Below, in pieces: positions 53,744-60,778 of a DNA stretch of 60,778 nt. The DNA comes from Patescibacteria group bacterium (lineage in GTDB: Bacteria > Patescibacteriota > Minisyncoccia > UBA6257 > 1-14-0-10-40-38): positions 259,278-320,055 of the forward strand of contig JBBTRX010000002.1 in the NCBI GenBank assembly GCA_038064975.1. The letters run 5' to 3'. The translations under genes and the position numbers were made by a program. Each line of letters opens with the position of its first letter. Positions within the stretch are counted from its first letter, which is position 1. Below the pieces are notes generated by a model. That model saw nothing but the letters and a program-made list of their open reading frames with translations, was not told where the DNA came from and did no database searches.

Positions 53744-54874
53744 ATGGATAATCTTATTTCTCACCTCAAAGAAAAAGCAGAATCAGTAAATAACCCTTCC
53801 TACGAACCACCGATTTTTTTTGATCTACAAAACGTAGATGATGAAAAAAAATTAAGCGTACTCATAGATGAGAAAAAGGATATTAAAATTATTGATAGTT
53901 ATAGTGATCAGATTAAAGAATTAATTGCAGTTAACCGTCCTTCATTGCTGAAAAATCCAAAGAATATCCAAGAAGTTTTTGAAAAAACAAATAAGGATTC
54001 GCGTGATGGAGTTTGGGTATATTTTCCATGGCGTAATACCATCGTGCACATACTAAAAGAAGCCGACTATCAAAAGCTGCGTGTTTCACGAAATTATAAT
54101 CTTATTACTCGAGCTGAACAGAAAAAATTTGCTGCGGCAAAAATTGCTGTTGCTGGTCTAAATGTTGGGAATCCTGGAGCGATCTGCATCGCTCTTGAGG
54201 GTGGCGCAAGAAAGCTCATGAAGCTTGCTGATAACGATATTTTGTCTGTTTCAAATTTAAATAGGTATCGAGCAGGACTTTCCGATCTTGGGGCGAATAA
54301 AGCAGTTATTTCTGCACAGCAGGTTCATGAAACTGATCCGTATATGGGAGTTGAAGTATTTTCGCGTGGCATTAATCCAGAAAATCTTGATCAATTTTTA
54401 ATAAAACCAAGAATTGATCTTTTAATTGAAGAAATGGATAGTTTACCTCTTAAGATTGCCATTAGAGAATCTGCGCGCAAGCATCGTATCCCAACAATTA
54501 TGGTAACGGGTAACGGAGCAGGGCTCATTCTTGATGTTGAACGGTTTGATCAAAAGAAAGATTTGCCGTTGTTAAATAAATATTTGTCGGAGCGGGTGAT
54601 CGCGATGGTAAGAGGAGGTAATCTTGCAAAGTTAGGTTTCGAAGAAAAAGTTCTTCTTGCACGTGACTTTATGGGAAAAAAATATCTTACAAAACGATTA
54701 CAGACTTCTTTTATAGAAATTGGAAAAACATTAGCAAGTATCCCTCAGCTTGCAGAAGCTTCCTATTTGCGAGGATCGGTACTCGCATACGTCGCTCGTC
54801 AGATTATAGTAGGAGGTAAAATGTCCTCAGGAAGATATATTATCCAAGTTGGAGATTCTCTAAAGAAGATTTAA
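53744..54874 (+). CDS. ThiF/MoeB/E1-like adenylyltransferase-family protein (Rv1355c-like)
   Basis: WVYFPWRNTIVHIL...RNYNLITRAEQKKFAAAKIAVAGLNVGNPGA (nucleotide loop) and LADNDILSVSNLNRY (the E1 D-x-D-x-V-x-x-S-N-L-N-R motif). Confidence 0.7.
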   Translation: MDNLISHLKEKAESVNNPSYEPPIFFDLQNVDDEKKLSVLIDEKKDIKIIDSYSDQIKELIAVNRPSLLKNPKNIQEVFEKTNKDSRDGVWVYFPWRNTIVHILKEADYQKLRVSRNYNLITRAEQKKFAAAKIAVAGLNVGNPGAICIALEGGARKLMKLADNDILSVSNLNRYRAGLSDLGANKAVISAQQVHETDPYMGVEVFSRGINPENLDQFLIKPRIDLLIEEMDSLPLKIAIRESARKHRIPTIMVTGNGAGLILDVERFDQKKDLPLLNKYLSERVIAMVRGGNLAKLGFEEKVLLARDFMGKKYLTKRLQTSFIEIGKTLASIPQLAEASYLRGSVLAYVARQIIVGGKMSSGRYIIQVGDSLKKI

Positions 54875-54883
54875 AAAGAATAA

Positions 54884-54920
54884 GACCCCAACAAGCGAAT
54901 GCTCGTCGGGGTCTTTTGTT
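54884..54920. terminator. bidirectional hairpin terminator between convergent genes
   Basis: GACCCCAACAAGC-GAAT-GCTCGTCGGGGTC imperfect 13-position stem (2 mismatches), then TTTTGTTT. An A-rich run lies on the other side. Confidence 0.55.
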
Positions 54921-54922
54921 TA

Positions 54923-55858
54923 TTAGCGAAGGTTCTCGCGGAGGAATCTCTGGAAGTTCTGACCCATGATGCCTGGGAGCGTGTGCTCCGGAACGATCTC
55001 GCGAATCACGGATTCCAGAATTCGCATTCGCTCGGGACTATTCAGTTCAGCTGGTTGATCGGGGGAACGAGCCCCGATTTTTCCATCGGGATCGATCTTC
55101 GCTTTCATGAATCCAAATTGCTCTCGGAGAGCGACTGGATTCTGTTCTTGGTACGCTCCATCACTTCCGATTCCGAGATTTTCATACCCTGCAACGAGGA
55201 GAAAATACTCGAGATGATCTTGGAATGCAGCAAGAGAATTGTCCCAACCGCTCAATCCGAAGGTGATCGTGTAGAGACCCACGTATCCTCTGTTCTGGAT
55301 ACGCATTAAGGTACTCATGGGGAGATTCCTCGGATTCGGATGTTTTTCATAGATACCGGTGTGAGAAACACACACAGCTCCCATGAAGTGGTCGAGCGCC
55401 TCGGATGCAGTCCGATGTCCGGCATGCGAGAGATCGAGGATGAACCCAATATCTTCGCAATAGGACAGGAATTCTTTACCTTCACGCGTGAGCGGCAGAT
55501 CGGGATGCAGGAGTCCTCCTCCGTAGGGATTAGAATCTTGATACGCGATCTGCATGATGCGGACACCTGCATCATAGAGCATCTTGAGGTTTGAGGGCGT
55601 TGCGTCGTGCGGTGGACCTTGGAGCCCGAGCACGATACCGAGACCGTTGCCATCCACACTGTCACGCGAGGTGATGATGCGAATGCTCTGCCGCTCAAGA
55701 TCTCGTCGGAAATTCCGGACTGCGCTCAGGATTTCTTCTGTTTTCGTAAACCACGGCGGAGCCGCGGTCACGTGAGCGAGATCAAGATTGATCTCCGGGT
55801 CCAGAATCGGTGATTTTCCTTGGGGACCAAGAAAAGCGAGAGAATCTGCGTAGAACAC
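54923..55858 (-). CDS. membrane-dipeptidase (peptidase M19)-like amidohydrolase-fold protein
   Basis: GVRIMQIAYQDSNPYGGG, FILDLSHAGHRT, VCVSHTG and LGIGSDG resemble renal-dipeptidase family blocks. The N-terminal H-x-D metal motif is not evident. GTG start. Visibly more GC-rich than its neighbours. Confidence 0.55.
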   Translation of the reverse strand: MFYADSLAFLGPQGKSPILDPEINLDLAHVTAAPPWFTKTEEILSAVRNFRRDLERQSIRIITSRDSVDGNGLGIVLGLQGPPHDATPSNLKMLYDAGVRIMQIAYQDSNPYGGGLLHPDLPLTREGKEFLSYCEDIGFILDLSHAGHRTASEALDHFMGAVCVSHTGIYEKHPNPRNLPMSTLMRIQNRGYVGLYTITFGLSGWDNSLAAFQDHLEYFLLVAGYENLGIGSDGAYQEQNPVALREQFGFMKAKIDPDGKIGARSPDQPAELNSPERMRILESVIREIVPEHTLPGIMGQNFQRFLRENLR

Positions 55859-55988
55859 GATGTTTTACCTTTCTGTTAAAGAGCTTTACTACCTCGTATC
55901 ATTATAGCATATATATATCGGAAAGTCAAATACTATGCTTTTAAGATCAAGTATCGTTATTTAAATTGAAAAATAGTATAATAGATAC

Positions 55989-56333
55989 ATGAAAACATTA
56001 AGAATATTACTTTTTATTATTTTCTTTGTGGAAGGCGTAACGAAACTTATTGGCCTCCAATTTCAAACTGATTTTTTTACGGCGTGGGGTTATCCGCTTT
56101 GGTTTATGTATGTTGTTGGTGTTTTAGAACTAGCGGGAGCATTGGGGCTTCTTATGTCCAAATATAGATTGTGTGCAACTATAGGATTGCTCGGTATTAT
56201 GGTTGGCGCTTTCTATACTCATATATCTCGTAATGACCCGCCTCAAATGATGGGATTAGCGATTCTTGCTTCTACTCTTCTATCTCTCCATCTTTTTTTT
56301 CTTATAAAAAAGAATAAAGAGATTTCTATTTAG
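55989..56333 (+). CDS. DoxX-family membrane protein
   Basis: 114 aa with 4 TM: FFVEGVTKLIG...GVLELAGALGLL... Confidence 0.65.
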   Translation: MKTLRILLFIIFFVEGVTKLIGLQFQTDFFTAWGYPLWFMYVVGVLELAGALGLLMSKYRLCATIGLLGIMVGAFYTHISRNDPPQMMGLAILASTLLSLHLFFLIKKNKEISI

Positions 56334-56342
56334 AATGTTAAA

Positions 56343-57932
56343 ATGTCTATCGATTTAGCGATTACGTTAGTTGCAGCTTTCGGCATATTTTTTCTTGGAA
56401 GTATTGTATATTTTCATGATCGTAAAAGTTTTAGCAACGTACTCTTTTTTCTCATAAGTCTCTCAACTGTTTTTTGGTCATTAGCTAATTATTTTTCTTT
56501 AAATTTTGATCCCGAGCGAGTCCTATTCTGGATTAGGATGGTGCTCTTTTTTGCCGCCCCTCATGCTGTCTTATTTTCTTTATTCGCTCATAATTTTCCA
56601 AACTCAAAAATATTAATAGATAAAAAGATTCTCATATCTAGTCTAGTTTTACTTGTACTGACTATGGCTGCGACTCTTTCTCCTTTCGTTTTTTCTAATG
56701 TTGAATTTGATGGAAATCGAGTTGTACCCATACCTGGACCGCTAATGCCTCTATTTGCATTAGTTGTTTTAGGGTCATTAATATCCGGTATTTTTTTAAT
56801 TATCAAGAAATACGTGAAGGCAAAATCATCAGAAAAGATGCAATGGCGAATGATGCTTATTGGAGTTTTAACAAGCTATCTGTTCCTAATAGTAACTAAC
56901 TTTGTTTTGGTAATTTTTTTCAAAAACACATCTTTTGTTATTTTCGGTCCCTTGTACATGCTACCAACGATTATTGGTATGACGTATGCAATATTGAGAC
57001 ATCGTTTATTAAATGTTAAGACTATCGCAACCGAAGTTTTGATCTTTATTATCTTATCAATATCCCTTTTTGATATTTTTACTGCGAAGGAAGCGACGGA
57101 GATAATAATGAAAATTGCTATTTTTATTACTTTCTTTATATTCGGCCTTTTTCTTGTTCGAAGCGTTCTTCGAGAAGTCGAGCAACGTGAGAAACTGGAA
57201 TTATTAACCAAAGAGCTGGAAGAAAAGAACGAGAAGCTTGCGCTGGCGGATAAAATTAAATCGGAATTCCTTGGGTTTGCGGCTCATCAGGTTAAATCTC
57301 CAATGGCGGTTGTGAAGGGTTATGCTACGTTGATTTTTGACGGTACGTTAGGCCCGGTTTCGGAGGAGATTAAAAATAAGGCGCATAAAATTAAAGAGAC
57401 GGCAGATCGTCTCATCGCGCTCGTAACCAATTTGCTTGATATGCGGAAAATGGAAGAAGGCAAGTTGGAAATTAGGTTCGCACCGATGGATGTTTCAAAA
57501 CTTCTGCGTGAGATGGTGGAGGAGTATAAAATAGTAGGCAAAGAGAAAGGCTTAGACGTCCAGTTCGAAACGAATAAAGAATTAATTGAAATAGAAGGGG
57601 ATGAGCAAAAACTGCGCCAGGTGTTTCAGAATCTGATTGATAACTCAATTAAATACACCCCCAAAGGGTATGTGAAAATCAGCGTTAAAGACGAGGGTCA
57701 GCAAATTTTAGTTACGCTTCAAGATTCCGGCAGGGGAATGTCTCAAGAGTTACAAAGAAAGCTTTTCCAGCAATTCGTGCGAGATGAAAAGACGAAGAAT
57801 CAAGTAGATGGAACCGGTCTTGGGCTCTATTTAGCAAAACAAATCGTACTTGCGCACCATGGCGAGATTAAAGGATTTTCCGCAGGGGAAAACATGGGCA
57901 GTACGTTTACGGTACGCTTGGGTAAAAAGTAA
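56343..57932 (+). CDS. sensor histidine kinase with a polytopic N-terminal membrane domain
   Basis: About 7-8 TM, a coiled linker, H-box FLGFAAHQVKSPM, N-box NLIDNSIKYT, G1 DSGRGM and G2 GTGLGLYLAK. Confidence 0.85.
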   Translation: MSIDLAITLVAAFGIFFLGSIVYFHDRKSFSNVLFFLISLSTVFWSLANYFSLNFDPERVLFWIRMVLFFAAPHAVLFSLFAHNFPNSKILIDKKILISSLVLLVLTMAATLSPFVFSNVEFDGNRVVPIPGPLMPLFALVVLGSLISGIFLIIKKYVKAKSSEKMQWRMMLIGVLTSYLFLIVTNFVLVIFFKNTSFVIFGPLYMLPTIIGMTYAILRHRLLNVKTIATEVLIFIILSISLFDIFTAKEATEIIMKIAIFITFFIFGLFLVRSVLREVEQREKLELLTKELEEKNEKLALADKIKSEFLGFAAHQVKSPMAVVKGYATLIFDGTLGPVSEEIKNKAHKIKETADRLIALVTNLLDMRKMEEGKLEIRFAPMDVSKLLREMVEEYKIVGKEKGLDVQFETNKELIEIEGDEQKLRQVFQNLIDNSIKYTPKGYVKISVKDEGQQILVTLQDSGRGMSQELQRKLFQQFVRDEKTKNQVDGTGLGLYLAKQIVLAHHGEIKGFSAGENMGSTFTVRLGKK

Positions 57933-57938
57933 ACAATA

Positions 57939-57974
57939 CGACATACCAACATACTTGAGGATGTTGGTATGTCG
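57939..57974 (+). terminator. perfect 14-bp hairpin after the histidine kinase (no U-tract)
   Basis: CGACATACCAACAT-ACTTGAGG-ATGTTGGTATGTCG, beginning 7 nt after the stop codon. Confidence 0.45.
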
Positions 57975-58034
57975 TAGGAGGGGATGTATCTAGGCTAATT
58001 TGAAAAAAGCCGGATTATTTTGCATCATAAAAGC

Positions 58035-58178
58035 ATGAACAAATTCCTTGGCGTTATCACTGTTATCGTACTTATCGCCGTTGGGTACTTAGTATATGTG
58101 GTTGCCACAAAAGACGATAAAGGATTGTCTATGATTAGTGGTAATTCGTATTCGTTCTTAAGTAATCCACAGGGGTAG
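58035..58178 (+). CDS. hypothetical 47-aa single-TM peptide (doubtful)
   Basis: MNKFLGVITVIVLIAVGYLVYVVATKDDKGLSMISGNSYSFLSNPQG. No clear Shine-Dalgarno sequence. Falls below the ORF-track cut-off. Confidence 0.25.
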   Translation: MNKFLGVITVIVLIAVGYLVYVVATKDDKGLSMISGNSYSFLSNPQG

Positions 58179-58299
58179 AGTAGCGTAGTAGAAGATAGTG
58201 ATACAATTCATATCCTGGCGTCGCGATACGATTTGCGAGTCAGGATAGTTATTATAAATAGATACTCTTCTTGTGGAGAGTAATTTTTTTCCCCTTTCT

Positions 58300-59394
58300 A
58301 TGACAAAAAAACCACTACATATCGCACTTATTATGGGCGGGCCTTCACACGAACATGATGTTTCACTTAAAACAGGGGAGCAAATTCAGAAGTACTTAAG
58401 CCAAACAGCTCATACGGTTATGCCTGTTATTGTTTCTCATAAAAAAGAGTGGCAATTTTCAGATGGTACTAAACACCACGTTGGGAAAGCAATTCAGTAT
58501 CTTAAAGAGAATAATATTGATATGGCTTTTATAGCCATGCATGGCGCATACGGAGAGGACGGTACTATTCAAGGGCTTTTAGAAGCTGCACATATTCCTT
58601 ACACTGGTTCCGGCGTTCTTGCGAGCGCGGTTGCTATGGATAAAGTAAAGTCATCGGAACTTTTCCATAGTACTGGGCTTGCGATTCCTGAATACGTGAT
58701 GTGCACCACGAAACAATGGAAACGCAAATCAGATATGGTTATTGACTCAATAGAATCTCGACTTTCCCTTCCTCTTATCGTAAAACCAATAAACCTTGGT
58801 TCCAGTATCGGAATTACTCTCGTAAAGCGAACGCGCGATCTTCGGAAAGCCATTCAAAAAACGCTTGATGTTGCAGAGAGCGCTATTATTCAAGAATATA
58901 TTTCCGGGAGAGAACTTACATGCGCGATTTTAGATGACGGGGCGGGTACGCTTTCTGCTCTTTTGCCAACAGAAATTATTCCAAAGAATGCTCATTTTTT
59001 TGACTATTCGGCAAAGTACACAGTAGGAGCTTCTCGAGAAGTAACGCCAGCATTAATTTCCGAAGCGCTTACGTGGGAGGTGCAAAATGCCGCGCTTAAA
59101 GCACACGTGCTTTTGGGGTGTTCGGGAATGTCGCGAACAGATTTTATCTTAGGGGAACGGAAAACAAATAATGAACAACAGATAATAAACAAGAAACAGT
59201 CATTTGTGAACAATCAGGAAGAAAAAACAAAACTATATGTTTTAGAAACGAATACTATTCCCGGTATGACGGAAACGAGTCTACTGCCGCAAGCGGCACT
59301 CGCTGTTGGTATATCTTTCCCGGAGCTTTTAGAGCGCATCCTTAAAGCGGGTCTTACTCGTCACGAGCGTAAAGCAAAAGGAATATATGAATAA
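58300..59394 (+). CDS. ddl: D-alanine--D-alanine ligase
   Basis: HIALIMGGPSHEHDVSLKTGEQI, AMHGAYGEDGTIQGLLE, IVKPINLGSSIGI and LETNTIPGMTETSLLP. ATG 58300 is preferred over GTG 58273. A low-complexity insert lies before the LETNTIPG block. Confidence 0.85.
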   Translation: MTKKPLHIALIMGGPSHEHDVSLKTGEQIQKYLSQTAHTVMPVIVSHKKEWQFSDGTKHHVGKAIQYLKENNIDMAFIAMHGAYGEDGTIQGLLEAAHIPYTGSGVLASAVAMDKVKSSELFHSTGLAIPEYVMCTTKQWKRKSDMVIDSIESRLSLPLIVKPINLGSSIGITLVKRTRDLRKAIQKTLDVAESAIIQEYISGRELTCAILDDGAGTLSALLPTEIIPKNAHFFDYSAKYTVGASREVTPALISEALTWEVQNAALKAHVLLGCSGMSRTDFILGERKTNNEQQIINKKQSFVNNQEEKTKLYVLETNTIPGMTETSLLPQAALAVGISFPELLERILKAGLTRHERKAKGIYE

Positions 59395-59425
59395 AAAAAT
59401 CCCGCCTACTGGCGGGGATTTTTTT
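59393..59425. terminator. bidirectional rho-independent terminator shared by ddl and rpmE
   Basis: AAAAAAA-TCCCGCC-TACT-GGCGGGG-ATTTTTTT. A GC stem flanked by an A-run and a T-run, sitting between convergent genes. Confidence 0.8.
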
Positions 59426-59681
59426 ATTTCTTCGTTTGTTTCTTTGCGCGGGTTTTGGTCTTTTTTTCTGGCGCTTGCCCTGCTTTTGCTTGGCGTGCTT
59501 TGAACTTCTCTACCTTTCCTGCTGTATCCAAGACTTTTTCTTTTCCGGTATAGAAGGGGTGGCAGTCGTAGCACAATTCAACCGCGAGTTCTTTTTTAGT
59601 AGAACCGACGGTAAAGGTGTTCCCGCATGCGCAGGTTACTTTTACGTTTTCGTGGTATTGAGGGTGGATTTGCGCTTTCAT
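59424..59681 (-). CDS. rpmE: 50S ribosomal protein L31 (Zn-ribbon type A) with a Lys-rich C-terminal tail
   Basis: [28 protein letters not shown]...[11 protein letters not shown] (CxC...CxxC). Confidence 0.9.
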   Translation of the reverse strand: MKAQIHPQYHENVKVTCACGNTFTVGSTKKELAVELCYDCHPFYTGKEKVLDTAGKVEKFKARQAKAGQAPEKKTKTRAKKQTKK

Positions 59682-59794
59682 ATTCCTATTGGAGAGAAGA
59701 TACCAAAGAACGAGAAACTTGGCAAGTACGCTTCATGTGCTATAGTTCTTCCTGGGTTAGGTCATGGTTCTGTACCCAAGAAACGGAGGAGGTC

Positions 59795-60076
59795 ATGCTT
59801 TTTCTGATTCGAGTTCCTGAATCATACCGTGGAACGTCAGATAACTCTCGGGATTGTTTCAATATCGTGCATGAATTTGATGCCGAATCTCTTGATGAGG
59901 CGGTAGATCTTTTTGGGGCATGGATCAGGGAGTCTCGGAGGATGTGTTCAAACAAAAAGATTGAGCTCATCCCAGTTTCCCCGATCGCGATCATGAGAAA
60001 TGGAGTGTTGGAAAACTACGCTCCTCGCGCGTCAACATCACAAGCCAAAAATGTTCGTCTGAACGGACACAAGTAG
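59795..60076 (+). CDS. hypothetical protein (93 aa)
   Basis: ATG 59795 is preceded by GGAGGAGG with a 4-nt spacer and followed by a strong terminator. The ORF-track extension to 59627 overlaps rpmE and is unlikely. Confidence 0.55.
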   Translation: MLFLIRVPESYRGTSDNSRDCFNIVHEFDAESLDEAVDLFGAWIRESRRMCSNKKIELIPVSPIAIMRNGVLENYAPRASTSQAKNVRLNGHK

Positions 60077-60084
60077 GTATTTCG

Positions 60085-60107
60085 CCCCCGCAAACGCGGG
60101 GGTTTTT
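60085..60107 (+). terminator. rho-independent terminator
   Basis: CCCCCGC-AAAC-GCGGGGG 7-bp GC stem followed by TTTTT. Confidence 0.8.
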
Positions 60108-60124
60108 AATGACCCTTTTTTCGC

Positions 60125-60152
60125 TTGACAGTATTGTGGGGACGGCTATACT
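60125..60152 (+). promoter_or_regulatory. candidate rRNA operon promoter (TTGACA-16 nt-TATACT)
   Basis: Consensus -35 TTGACA at 60125-60130 and TATACT at 60147-60152. A T-rich run lies upstream. It sits about 255 nt upstream of the 16S 5' end. Confidence 0.5.
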
Positions 60153-60404
60153 AGTAGCCGGATGCAGAACTAGAGCCTTTCTAGAGATATTCAGAATTGA
60201 AGAGGTACATCCATCCTTATTCCACGGAGAAAGTTGAACGGGATAAGCGGGTGTATTATTTTTCTCTCTAGTACTGTATGAACTTTGATAATTTGATAGT
60301 AATACAACTATAGAAGTGCAAACTTTACAGTTGTCCCAATGTTCTATGAGTTTTTGTTGTTCGTGTACAGCATTCGTGCAGGACATGAATAACAGAATAC
60401 TTTT

Positions 60405-60778
60405 TATATGAGGATTTGATCCTGGTCCAGGATGAACGCTGGCGGCGTGGATAAGGCATGCAAGTCGAACGAAACTATTTTTGAAGGAGTTTGAGATTAC
60501 ATCAAGAGCAACGGATGGGATAGTTTAGTGGCGAACGAGTTAGTAATACCTTAGTTACATACCCTAGAGACGGGCACAGCTCGCCGAAAGGCGGGGTAAT
60601 ACCCGATGATCTCGCAAGAGCAAACGACGCAAGTCGCTCTAGGATTGGCTTCGGTCCTATCAGCTAGTTGGTGTGGTAAAGGCGCACCAAGGCTACGACG
60701 GGTAGGGGGGCTGAGAGGCTGACCCCCAACGACGGAACTGAGACACGGTCCGTACACCTACGGGTGGCAGCAGTCGAG
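60405..60778 (+). rRNA. rrs: 16S ribosomal RNA, 5' portion (continues beyond the window)
   Basis: AGGATTTGATCCTGGTCCAGGATGAACGCTGGCGGCGTG...GCATGCAAGTCGAACG...GAACTGAGACACGGTCCGTACACCTACGGGTGGCAGCAGTCGAG aligns to E. coli positions about 5-360. The exact 5' end is uncertain by a few nt. Confidence 0.95.

Noticed and set aside
58212-58246. Imperfect hairpin (ATCCTG...CAGGAT with inner TCGC/GCGA) in the ddl leader, considered as a possible riboswitch or attenuator.
   Set aside because: The stem is short and interrupted, no conserved riboswitch core was recognised, and there is no following U-tract. The evidence is insufficient.
59991-60386. 131-aa minus-strand ORF between the hypothetical gene and the 16S rRNA gene.
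   Set aside because: It spans a strong plus-strand terminator and the putative rRNA promoter and leader. It overlaps the 3' end of the 59795-60076 gene. It has no motifs and an odd composition, so it is most likely non-coding rRNA leader DNA.
60470-60535. Possible insertion or intron in the 16S rRNA 5' domain.
   Set aside because: The extra length relative to E. coli helix 6 is only a few tens of nucleotides and lies within a known variable helix. The window ends at about E. coli position 360, so larger CPR-type insertions cannot be assessed.
1-60778. Alternative genetic code (UGA recoding, as in Gracilibacteria and Absconditabacteria), CRISPR arrays, tRNA genes, transposases and integrases.
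   Set aside because: TGA cleanly terminates several family-length genes, for example at 2919-2921 (minus strand), 9748-9750 and 17234-17236. No regularly spaced direct repeats were seen, and no T-loop-like GGTTCGAATCC elements occur in intergenic DNA. No DDE or tyrosine/serine recombinase motifs were seen.

Overview
This window looks like a low-GC, gene-dense fragment of a Candidate Phyla Radiation (Patescibacteria, Parcubacteria-like) genome. Supporting signs are a 16S rRNA 5' end with CPR-type signatures, DUF5671, lamin-tail-domain and four-helix-bundle (IVS/Avd-like) proteins, a split transketolase, and many short or overlapping gene junctions. TGA ends several well-supported genes, so the code is standard (table 11). 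Bases 1-30326 form one large cell-surface glycan locus. It contains GT1, GT2 and GT9 enzymes, two GT-C enzymes, a DPM1-like synthase fused to GtrA, two Wzx-type flippases (one fused to GtrA), an O-antigen-ligase-like protein with TPR repeats, a WbaP-like initiating phosphotransferase, four SAM methyltransferases, a B12-binding radical SAM enzyme, three TagF-like GT-B paralogues and an embedded NeuC-NeuA-NeuB sialic-acid block. Bases 30.4-34.5 kb carry a thiol-redox set (DsbA-like, glutaredoxin-like, TrxB), a frameshifted SPW-repeat mini-gene, a secreted double lamin-tail-domain protein and a four-helix-bundle gene bracketed by inverted repeats. Bases 35-45.9 kb hold core carbon metabolism and translation genes: TrmH-like, Gap, RpiB, Rpe, split Tkt, a PfkB kinase, class II FBA and L25. 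The remainder holds a coiled-coil lytic transglycosylase, an RF1 lacking domain 1, two stand-alone receiver proteins, TrpS and a Leu/Glu-type dehydrogenase. It also holds an uncharacterised low-GC three-gene module (PaaK-like ligase, Acg-type nitroreductase, ThiF/Rv1355c-like E1), a GC-rich M19-like dipeptidase, DoxX, a histidine kinase, Ddl, L31 and the promoter plus first ~370 nt of a 16S rRNA gene. No tRNA, CRISPR array, transposase or integrase was seen. All homology calls come from motif recognition by eye, not from database searches.
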